Positions 56,389 through 64,000 of a stretch of DNA of 64,000 nt are shown here, one piece after another. The DNA comes from an uncultured Desulfobacteraceae bacterium. Lineage in GTDB: Bacteria; Desulfobacterota; Desulfobacteria; Desulfobacterales; SKZT01. Under the pieces are notes generated by a model. The model was not told the origin of the DNA, searched no databases, and saw only the letters and a list, made by a program, of their open reading frames with translations. Made by a program: the position numbers and the translations under genes. Position 1 is the first letter of the stretch; each line of letters opens with the position of its first letter. The stretch covers positions 8,087 through 72,086 of the forward strand of contig CAYZJH010000012.1 of the NCBI GenBank assembly GCA_964478625.1, read 5' to 3'.

Positions 56389-57168
56389 TTAACGGGAAAA
56401 AATCTCCTTGAAAAATATCTGCATGTATTTCCACGAACGTTCATCGGCTTTTGGATGATACGCCACACCCTGAATTCCGGACTGGCCGGCCTCCGGATTG
56501 GTGAAGGAATGCACTGCTCCTCCGAATGAAATCATCTGCCAGTCTGCATTGGATTGCCTCATTCCTTCATGAAATGCCTTGATTTCATCCGGGGAAATAA
56601 AGGTATCTTCGGCACCATGGCAGATCAGAATTTTAGCCCTTATTCGACTGTAATCTTCCGGCTTTGCAGCAGTCAGTCCCCCATGGAAACTCACCACACC
56701 TGCAATATCTGCTCCGCTGTAAGCCAGTTCCAGAACCGTGGTACCACCGAAACAATAACCGATTGCGGCAATACGAGAAATGTCCACCCGGTCGTTATTT
56801 TTAAGGATATTGAGGCCCGCAAGAGCCCTTTGGCGCATGATCGGTTTTCCCCGCAAATGACCTGCAAGTTCTTTGGCCTCGGAAGGATCTTTGGTGAAAA
56901 TACCTTTACCATACATGTCCAAAGCAAAGGCCACATATCCAAGTTCTGCAAGTTTATCCACCCGTGATCTCACAAAATCATTTAGGCCCCACCATTCATG
57001 AACCACGAGTATACCGGGAAGTTTTCCTTCTAATGTGTCATCATAGGATAGGTACCCCTCGAGAATGGTGCCTTCGTGCTCATAAGTCACCGCGTCTGAT
57101 ATCAACTTGGCTTCAGCTGCCACACCGATAAATAACATCATGATAATAATAAGGATAATTTTTTTCAT
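56389..57168 (-). CDS. Secreted dienelactone hydrolase family protein
   Basis: It has a signal peptide, GILVVHEWWGLN, and the nucleophile-elbow-like GYCFGG. Confidence 0.85.
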   Translation of the reverse strand: MKKIILIIIMMLFIGVAAEAKLISDAVTYEHEGTILEGYLSYDDTLEGKLPGILVVHEWWGLNDFVRSRVDKLAELGYVAFALDMYGKGIFTKDPSEAKELAGHLRGKPIMRQRALAGLNILKNNDRVDISRIAAIGYCFGGTTVLELAYSGADIAGVVSFHGGLTAAKPEDYSRIRAKILICHGAEDTFISPDEIKAFHEGMRQSNADWQMISFGGAVHSFTNPEAGQSGIQGVAYHPKADERSWKYMQIFFKEIFSR

Positions 57169-57588
57169 GGGTTCCTCCTCACTATCCCGGATTTCATAGG
57201 TTTGATTTTTAGTACCCCTTTTGATTCTTTCGGAAAATGGATTGTTTCAAAGGATGACTATTCTTAGTGCTGCTTGGTTTTTTACATAATGTCAAAACTT
57301 ATGCCTTTTTACAGGATATTCAAGGTATATGGTTTTTGAGAAAAAATATGACATCACGTTGCTGATACTTGAGACTATTCAGAAACAAGTCGCAAAAACC
57401 GCTCTGGCCCAGGTTTTTGTAAAATATGAATTGCTTGACAACATGCTGCGGATTCCAGTATATGGTCGTTTTTTTTACCGATCGTTAAACACCGAGTGGA
57501 GGATCATGGTGTTTTAGTCTCAAAAAAAATACCTGAACTTGCTTTAATAATGAACCCAAAACGTCTAAAAAAGTAAAAAGGAGAGAAA

Positions 57589-57906
57589 ATGAAAAAAAGC
57601 TGGATTCTGTTCATGACGCTGGTGATTTTTGGGATGTTGTTTTTTTTAATGTCTTGCGGCGAATCAGATAAACCCAAATACACCGAAGGCCAGGAATTGA
57701 CCCTGAGCGGTAAGATAAAAATTATTGACAACGACGGCACATTTTATGTTCTGGTAACAGATCAGAATGAATTTTTCGAAATTCCAACCCTCAAAGACGA
57801 ATACAAAGTAGAGGGAACTCCAATCAATGCAGTCCTGAAAATTAATAAAGTGGTTACCTTGACCGGACTCGGTCCCTCCTGTGAGGTGGTGGAATATCTG
57901 GAATAA
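57589..57906 (+). CDS. Small lipoprotein (105 aa)
   Basis: A signal peptide with lipobox LMSCG is present. RBS AGGAGAG lies upstream. Confidence 0.6.
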   Translation: MKKSWILFMTLVIFGMLFFLMSCGESDKPKYTEGQELTLSGKIKIIDNDGTFYVLVTDQNEFFEIPTLKDEYKVEGTPINAVLKINKVVTLTGLGPSCEVVEYLE

Positions 57907-57942
57907 AAACTCCATCGGCATTTAGCCGTATAACGATTAAAA

Positions 57943-58022
57943 CGGATTCCGGCCTCTACCGGAGGGATGATTTACAAAACAGTTCTGATTTCAAACGGCA
58001 TTTTGTGTAAGGCCGGAATCCG
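57943..58022. repeat. 12-bp perfect inverted repeat (CGGATTCCGGCC / GGCCGGAATCCG) with 56-nt spacer
   Basis: Read directly. It lies just upstream of the family-2 repeat at 58067. Confidence 0.45.
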
Positions 58023-58066
58023 ATACTATCCTAAAATGATCGATTTCAATTGCAGAAATCTCTTGC

Positions 58067-58196
58067 CGTCATACCGGCGAAGGCCGGTATCCAGTCTGAT
58101 GGTTTAACCCTATGGATAGCGCCTGAAGGCTTCACTTCGTGCCCGGCTTTCGTTGGAATGACGGGTGGTTGCCGTCTTAATCACTCAGTTTAGGAA
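58067..58196 (+). repeat. Family-2 repeat, full-length copy
   Basis: The left half aligns with 42219-42341 and the right half is near-identical to 6025-6076. Confidence 0.7.
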
Positions 58197-58243
58197 TAAT
58201 AAACCCGTTTGTTTTTATTTGACTTAACGGATGAATCCGCTGT

Positions 58244-59152
58244 TCATGCCTGTTTTTTTCTCATTTCACCTTTTTTATCCTGCAAGCCGAGTTGATTCCA
58301 GATGGATTCAATGTCTTTTGCACATGGGGATTCCATTTCCACAACCGCCAATGCCTGCATCTGAGCCAATGTGACACAACGATCATAACGAACTCGTCCC
58401 GCAATAAAAGCTTTTTCACGTTTTGCTTTCTGCTCGATTTTCACCGTCATATCCGGATTAAGATCCCATTTGTTTACACAAACGGCGGTTGGAATATTAA
58501 AATGCCGGGTAAGGGAAAGGACTCTTTCCAAATCGTGTTCTCCTGAAACTGTAGGTTCCGTGACCACCAGAACCAGTGAAGCTCCTGTCAATGAAGCAAT
58601 TACCGGGCATCCGATTCCCGGAGGCCCATCCACAATGATCAGAGAACAATGTTTTTCTTCGGCAATCCGTCGGGCTTCCTGACGAACTGTTGATACCAGT
58701 TTGCCGGAATTTTCAGCCGCTACCCCCAGATGCGCATGAACCATGGGGCCGCAGCGGGTGTCGGAAATCATCCACTCACCACATAATCTTTCCGGAAAAT
58801 CGATGGCTTTTTCAGGACAAAAGCGAACACATACTCCACAGCCTTCACAAGCGATGGGATCAATATAAAAGATAGTGTTTCCTTGTACCTCATGATTCTC
58901 CCTCACCGCATCAAAACGGCAATTTTCCTTGCAGGTTCCACAGCCGATACAGTCTTCTTCACGTATGACAGCCTCATGCCCACTGTGGAATTCATGACGA
59001 TGTTTAACCTGTGGAGAAAGCACAAGATGCAGATCGGCCGCGTCCACATCACAGTCTGCGATGACGGCTCGATCCGCCAGAGCGGCAAATGATGCCGTTA
59101 TACTCGTTTTACCCGTTCCTCCCTTACCGCTGATGATCACAAGCTCCTTCAT
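58244..59152 (-). CDS. MinD/ParA-type P-loop ATPase with inserted 2x[4Fe-4S] ferredoxin domain
   Basis: ISGKGGTGKTS is a deviant Walker A. CIGCGTCKENC and CEGCGVCVRFCP are present. Confidence 0.85.
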   Translation of the reverse strand: MKELVIISGKGGTGKTSITASFAALADRAVIADCDVDAADLHLVLSPQVKHRHEFHSGHEAVIREEDCIGCGTCKENCRFDAVRENHEVQGNTIFYIDPIACEGCGVCVRFCPEKAIDFPERLCGEWMISDTRCGPMVHAHLGVAAENSGKLVSTVRQEARRIAEEKHCSLIIVDGPPGIGCPVIASLTGASLVLVVTEPTVSGEHDLERVLSLTRHFNIPTAVCVNKWDLNPDMTVKIEQKAKREKAFIAGRVRYDRCVTLAQMQALAVVEMESPCAKDIESIWNQLGLQDKKGEMRKKQA

Positions 59153-59228
59153 AAGTTCTATTCCTCATCTGTTCAATCAGGCAAATGCAGCATGCATTTT
59201 TTCATGCAAAACCTTCCCGAAAATCGTC

Positions 59229-60077
59229 TCAACCCATTTCAGCAGGTTTGAGGTGTATGGTCTTTTCCACCAGGTCATGGAAAATTTCCCGGTATTCCGG
59301 AAGCGACTCCACAATCAATTCTCCTCTGGAGTACGCCTCTGCAATTCTCCGATCATCAGGAATCTCTGATATTAAGGGAATATTTTGCTCGTTGCAGTAA
59401 GCATGGACCCGGTTATCTCCAACTCCAACCCGGTTGACCACGACACCGAATGATATTCCCAGTTCTCGTATCATTTCTACAGCAAGTTTGAGATCGTGAA
59501 GTCCAAATGGTGTCGGTTCGGTAACCAGCACAACAAAATCGGTCTCACGAAGGGTGGCGATGACCGGACATGAAGTTCCGGGCGGGGCATCCAAAATGGC
59601 AGGGCTACCGTTTTTTAAGTGAGCTTTGACCGCACGAATCAGAGGCGGGGCCATAGCAACTCCGACATCAAGACGTCCCTGGATCAATGTAATGTTTCCG
59701 TCCTGCGCTGTTTCAACAACTCCTATTCGTTTGTCAATCTCATGGATCGCTTTTTGAGGACATACCAAGGTGCAACCGCCGCATCCATGACACATCTCCG
59801 AAAAGACTAGAGGTGTGGTTCCGAAAGTGACAATGGCATGATATTCACAAAACTTTCCGCATTCCCCACAGCCATCGCACCGGGATTCATCCACCTGTGG
59901 AATGGGTATAGAGATGACCTTCTCCCCGGTCTTTGAGGCATTGAGAAAAAGATGGGAATTGGGTTCTTCCACATCACAGTCCAAAAGCTGAACCTCAGAG
60001 CCGAGCATTCTCGCCAAATTTACCGAGACAGTTGTTTTTCCGGTACCACCTTTTCCCGATGCCACCGCCACAATCAT
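59229..60077 (-). CDS. MinD/ParA-type P-loop ATPase with inserted 2x[4Fe-4S] ferredoxin domain (paralog of the downstream gene)
   Basis: VASGKGGTGKTT, CDGCGECGKFC and CHGCGGCTLVCP are present. RBS GAGGAGG lies upstream. Confidence 0.85.
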   Translation of the reverse strand: MIVAVASGKGGTGKTTVSVNLARMLGSEVQLLDCDVEEPNSHLFLNASKTGEKVISIPIPQVDESRCDGCGECGKFCEYHAIVTFGTTPLVFSEMCHGCGGCTLVCPQKAIHEIDKRIGVVETAQDGNITLIQGRLDVGVAMAPPLIRAVKAHLKNGSPAILDAPPGTSCPVIATLRETDFVVLVTEPTPFGLHDLKLAVEMIRELGISFGVVVNRVGVGDNRVHAYCNEQNIPLISEIPDDRRIAEAYSRGELIVESLPEYREIFHDLVEKTIHLKPAEMG

Positions 60078-60204
60078 TTAAGACCTCCTCTGTTGCTTTT
60101 CCACCGGACAAACTCCATCCAATGGATTCCCATTCGTTTGATATTATTCTTCTCCCACCCTGACCCTCCATCGCCGGAAGGGAAAATGGAAGACTTTTCC
60201 TTCA

Positions 60205-60239
60205 GGCACTCCTCTGGATGATCGAGCAAGAGGAGTGCC
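60205..60239 (-). promoter_or_regulatory. 11-bp perfect stem-loop in the 5' leader of the Fe-S ATPase pair
   Basis: GGCACTCCTCT (60205-60215) pairs with AGAGGAGTGCC (60229-60239) across a 13-nt loop, 128 nt upstream of the start at 60077. Confidence 0.45.
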
Positions 60240-60539
60240 AATTAATATCGGACAATCCTTTCGTTTCATAAGCCATTAAAAACATTTGATATAGGATACC
60301 AATGGAGCTGATGCCCATCCTTCCGAGAGTAGCGTTTGTGCTACGATACTCTCTTCATTATCGGTGCAAAAGTGCAACTTTCATTTCGGCAGGTTGATTC
60401 AAGGCCAGGATCAATTTGCAGGGCATTATTTGGTTTTTGAATTCAAATCCATTGTAATGATACGGGTTCTGAATCCATTTAGGTTGAATTCCTCAAGAAA
60501 GCCATATAAAAATTTCTCAGAACGCAACAAGGTGATTCC

Positions 60540-60731
60540 ACCCCGATGTTGCATTGGAATTGACTTGAAACAATTGGACATGCTGTTATAAAAAGGCCGA
60601 ACCCGCTTTCTGCCGACTTCAATGGACTGCAGCAATTATGAATTTCAAAATGAGTGATCATTAATTGTCTCTATCTTTTGAAACCATGCCGGTTTGCTGG
60701 AACTGTGCTTACCGTTATGCAACATCGGGGT
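60540..60731. repeat. 192-bp segment bounded by a perfect 15-bp inverted repeat (ACCCCGATGTTGCAT / ATGCAACATCGGGGT)
   Basis: Read directly. The right arm ends 21 nt before GTG 60753. Confidence 0.55.
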
Positions 60732-60752
60732 AAAGAAAAAAATGGAGTTTGA

Positions 60753-63191
60753 GTGAAGAAATTGTTTTTTGCCAATCTTTCAGCAGTAGTTGCTTTGGGT
60801 ATTTTTTCCCAAATCGTCCAGATTGTATTTCTGAGGGAATTTCTGATGGTTTTTCACGGCAATGAACTTTCCCTTGGAATCATTTTGGCGGCCTGGATGT
60901 TATGGGTGGGAACGGGAAGCCGGGTTGCTTCAATTCTTGCCGGAAAAGCAATCAGGTCTTTAGCGGCGGTTTCCATCAACTCGGCGGCAGCAGCGATACT
61001 TTCCGTCTTGAGCATTTTCATCATTCGAACCCTTCGGGGCTCCATTTCCATTGCCCCTGGTGCATATTTTTCCGTCATGGATATGACCTTGGCATGTATT
61101 GTGGTTATGGCGCCGGTCGGCCTAGCTCTCGGCATCCAGTTCGTCATTCTTTCAAAGATATGGAGAGAAAGTGACAGAACCGGAGATACCTCCGGCGCAG
61201 AAAAAACCTATATGGCGGAAGCTTTTGGAAACCTTGTGGGTGGAATTCTCTTTTCCTTCTGGTTTGTGCAGGTTTTTAACTCATTTCAGACCGTGATATT
61301 TTCCGCAATTGTTATGGTTGCCGCAACCCTTTGGCTTGCATCCGGATCGAAGAATCAGCTTTCAGGTCTGGCTGCCGCAATCAAGCTTTCAATTTTTGGA
61401 CTGTTGAGCCTATTCATACTGTCCACGCCGTTTCTCCGGCATCTTGACAGGTGGGTCCATGAGCTTCAATGGAAATTTTTCTCACCGGAACACCACCTGG
61501 TTGAAATCCGTCAATCAAAATACGGCACCATTTCCGTAGCCCAAAGGGACAACCAGTATAGTTTTTTTCAAAGCGGCAATCTTATTTTCTCAACAGCCGG
61601 GCCTGATTCCAAAGCACCGGCTTTTGAAGAACAGGAATCTGTTGTATTTGCCCATTTTGCCATGGTCCAGCATCCCAACCCCGAAAGGGTTCTGCTGATC
61701 GGGGGAGGCTTGCGTGGCACGATTCGGGAAATCGCCGGGCACCCGGTTCAACATATTGATTATGTCGAGCTTGATCCGGTCCTGACCGATACCGCCCTTC
61801 CGTATCTTCCGAAATCAACCATTGCCGCCCTGGAAAGCCCCCGAGTCAACCTGATTCATACGGATGGCAGGCTGTTTATTAAAACCACGGATCGAGCATA
61901 TGACATCATTATTGCCGATATTCCGGATCCGTTTACCGCGGTACTCAACCGCTATTACACGGAGGAGTTTTTCCATGAAGTCCGCTCGCGGCTTAAGCCT
62001 GGAGGCATTTTTGTTACTTCAGTAATATCGACACCGGATATGCGGGGTGAAGCCGTAGCCAACCGCAATACCACCCTCTACCACACGTTAAAGCGGGTAT
62101 TTCCGGTTGTCTTCCCTGCAGGACAACGTTCTCTTTATTTTTTTGCAAGCAGTCAACCAGACCGGATTTCTGCCGATGCATCTATTCTTGTAGACCGTTT
62201 TAACAGAAGAAACATTCAAATCGACGGCTTTTCGTCCCACCACTTCGAGCTGCTGCTGGAACAGTCGCACCTTCGGCGGATCAACTGGATTATCCGTAAT
62301 CACGGTCGTCATCCGGATGCCCATCTTGAAAGTCCTAACATTGGGCCGCTTTTTCCTGAGTCCATTGAACGGCAAAATGCCACGGAACCCGATCTGCTCC
62401 CGGTTAATGAACGATTTTTTATCAATTCCGATTTCAAACCTATTGGATATTATTACACGCTTCGGTTCTGGGATGCGCTGTCCCGAGCAGGTTCGGCCGA
62501 TTCATTCAAGTGGATTATCAAAGTCAAGCCCTGGTGGATTTTGCCTTCTGTAGCCTTTTGCCTTGGAGTGGTTCTTTTCCTCAAACATATGGCACTTCTC
62601 AAAAGAAACAGAACAGACCGGAGGTTTGCAGTTCTAATGGCCGTTTTCAGTACGGGACTCTCCACCATGTCCCTTCAAATTGCGCTTCTTTTTTCTTTTC
62701 AAAGCCTTTACGGATTTGTTTATGAAATGATAGGATTGATTACAGCGCTTTTCATGGGCGGGCTGGCATTAGGAACCTTTATCAGCAGAAAGCTGGTAAA
62801 AGAAAAATCGAACAGGACGATTCTTGCAATGATTCAGCTTTCAATCGCCTTGTTTGCGCTGATTGTCGCCTTTGGCCTTCCCGGATCGGCCGCTTTGAAA
62901 TCACCCTGTGTCGTGCTTGTCCTGATTGCCGTCATGACATTTTTATCCGGGGTATTTAACGGTGCGGATTTTCCGCTTACCGCAGCATCCTATCAGACAC
63001 TGACGGGCAATCCTGAAAAAGCCACCGGGATCGTCTATGGAATCGAGCTGTTCGGAGCCTGCACAGGGGCAATTGTTTCGAGTGTCGTAATCGCTCCGGT
63101 TTTAGGGATAACCGCTCTCGGCCTGCTGGCAGCAATCGCAAATTTTACGGCTTTTCTTTGCCTGATCATATCCGGAAACCAATCCGGATAG
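60753..63191 (+). CDS. Polytopic membrane protein with central spermidine-synthase-like (aminopropyltransferase fold) domain
   Basis: TM-rich N- and C-terminal thirds flank a central VLLIGGGLRGTIRE...IDYVELDPVL...YDIIIADIPDP (SpeE-like). The GTG start lies after GGAG. Confidence 0.8.
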   Translation: MKKLFFANLSAVVALGIFSQIVQIVFLREFLMVFHGNELSLGIILAAWMLWVGTGSRVASILAGKAIRSLAAVSINSAAAAILSVLSIFIIRTLRGSISIAPGAYFSVMDMTLACIVVMAPVGLALGIQFVILSKIWRESDRTGDTSGAEKTYMAEAFGNLVGGILFSFWFVQVFNSFQTVIFSAIVMVAATLWLASGSKNQLSGLAAAIKLSIFGLLSLFILSTPFLRHLDRWVHELQWKFFSPEHHLVEIRQSKYGTISVAQRDNQYSFFQSGNLIFSTAGPDSKAPAFEEQESVVFAHFAMVQHPNPERVLLIGGGLRGTIREIAGHPVQHIDYVELDPVLTDTALPYLPKSTIAALESPRVNLIHTDGRLFIKTTDRAYDIIIADIPDPFTAVLNRYYTEEFFHEVRSRLKPGGIFVTSVISTPDMRGEAVANRNTTLYHTLKRVFPVVFPAGQRSLYFFASSQPDRISADASILVDRFNRRNIQIDGFSSHHFELLLEQSHLRRINWIIRNHGRHPDAHLESPNIGPLFPESIERQNATEPDLLPVNERFFINSDFKPIGYYYTLRFWDALSRAGSADSFKWIIKVKPWWILPSVAFCLGVVLFLKHMALLKRNRTDRRFAVLMAVFSTGLSTMSLQIALLFSFQSLYGFVYEMIGLITALFMGGLALGTFISRKLVKEKSNRTILAMIQLSIALFALIVAFGLPGSAALKSPCVVLVLIAVMTFLSGVFNGADFPLTAASYQTLTGNPEKATGIVYGIELFGACTGAIVSSVVIAPVLGITALGLLAAIANFTAFLCLIISGNQSG

Positions 63192-63210
63192 CTTTATTTT
63201 TGGAGGTGTT

Positions 63211-64000
63211 ATGAAAAAAAACAATTCCCTGTCCGGCCTGTTGACCAGAAGGGATTTCATTAAATATGCCATGTCCGGAACCTGTTTGGCATGCATGACC
63301 GGGATTACGGGAATTTGCCTTCCTGTGAACGCATATGCGCCTCAAAAAGGCTTTGTAAATCCGGTCCCATCACCCTGGTTTACCCGACTATCCAATTCTG
63401 AAATCGAATGCAGTCTTTGCCCGAAACAGTGCCGCCTGTCTTCAGGAAAAAGAGGCAAGTGCGGTGTTCGTGAAAACCGCGAAGGGAAAGGTTACACCCT
63501 TGCCTATGGAAATCCGGTCCTGGTCCAGATTGATCCTGTGGAACGAAAGCCCTTTTTCCATGTAATGCCCGGGACAAGGGCTTTATCTGTATCGACTGCC
63601 GGTTGTCCGCTTGAATGCAAGTTCTGCGAGGTCTGGGACATGGCTTTGGTGGCACCTGAAGAAGTCTATACCTATGATCTTTCCCCTGAAAAAATCGTTA
63701 ACCAGGCCAAATCAGCAGGGGCCGACTCGATTTCCTATGCATTTGGCGAGCCGGTTGTTTTTTATGAATATATGACTGATATTGCGGTTATGGCAAAAAA
63801 AGAAGGGCTGTTAAACCTGATGCACACCAGCGGCTACATCTCTTCGGAACCCTTAAAGGAAATCGCCGGCAATCTGGATGCCGCTAATATCGATCTGAAA
63901 AGTTTTGATCCGGATTTTTACCGCAACATGGTGGGAGGTAAAATCGAACCGGTCAAAGAAACTCTGAGAATTCTTAAAAATGCGAATATTCATATCGAAA
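63211..64000 (+). CDS. AmmeMemoRadiSam-type radical SAM enzyme with N-terminal twin-arginine (Tat) signal, 3' end cut by the window edge
   Basis: It is absent from the ORF track because it is unterminated. ATG 63211 lies after GGAGG. The Tat motif is LTRRDFIKYA followed by ...VNAYA. CSLCPKQCRLSSGKRGKCGVRENREG is the family N-terminal Cys motif, and CPLECKFC matches CxxxCxxC. Confidence 0.8.
   Translation, partial: MKKNNSLSGLLTRRDFIKYAMSGTCLACMTGITGICLPVNAYAPQKGFVNPVPSPWFTRLSNSEIECSLCPKQCRLSSGKRGKCGVRENREGKGYTLAYGNPVLVQIDPVERKPFFHVMPGTRALSVSTAGCPLECKFCEVWDMALVAPEEVYTYDLSPEKIVNQAKSAGADSISYAFGEPVVFYEYMTDIAVMAKKEGLLNLMHTSGYISSEPLKEIAGNLDAANIDLKSFDPDFYRNMVGGKIEPVKETLRILKNANIHIE

Noticed and set aside
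60426-60661. Two overlapping 60-69-aa minus-strand ORFs in the 675-nt intergenic region.
   Set aside because: They have no RBS, overlap each other in different frames, and lie inside the inverted-repeat-bounded unit. They are more likely non-coding.
1-64000. Search for CRISPR arrays, rRNA genes, tRNA genes, integrases, transposases and phage genes.
   Set aside because: No regularly spaced direct repeats, no rRNA- or tRNA-like sequences and no recombinase or transposase motifs were seen in any listed ORF or intergenic region. The only mobile-DNA signatures are the non-autonomous repeat families reported above.

Overview
This 64-kb chromosomal segment has gene content typical of an anaerobic, sulfate-reducer-like Desulfobacterota (deltaproteobacterial) genome. 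That placement is inferred from the families present: Hcp, a RACo-type corrinoid activase, HD-GYP, MinD-type Fe-S ATPases and an AmmeMemoRadiSam radical SAM enzyme. I call about 50 protein genes and saw no rRNA, tRNA or CRISPR array. Recognisable housekeeping genes are hcp, alr, mltA, the Moco genes (mobA, moaE-like, moaC, moaB), pyrR, glnS, hisF, aspS, gatB and cca. All calls rest on reading motifs by eye, not on database searches. The strongest candidates for something new are as follows. (1) In a tRNA-amidation operon, AspRS is fused in-frame to GatC. It is followed by a GatA homolog that has lost all three amidase catalytic residues, then a normal GatB. (2) A 1522-aa GlmS-like glutamine amidotransferase carries large insertions. 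The normally C-terminal GlmS tail motif lies internally, followed by a second SIS-like module. (3) A tight radical-SAM / GT4 glycosyltransferase / membrane-anchored FGE-family cassette is preceded by a 32-codon ORF joined by an ATGA overlap. (4) A MetH-reactivation-domain-like protein and a RACo-like corrinoid activase are separated by a decayed sensor kinase. (5) Two MITE-like repeat families are present, and inverted copies of one family bracket a single gene. (6) At the 3' edge, a membrane-embedded aminopropyltransferase-like protein sits next to a radical SAM enzyme that carries a Tat signal.
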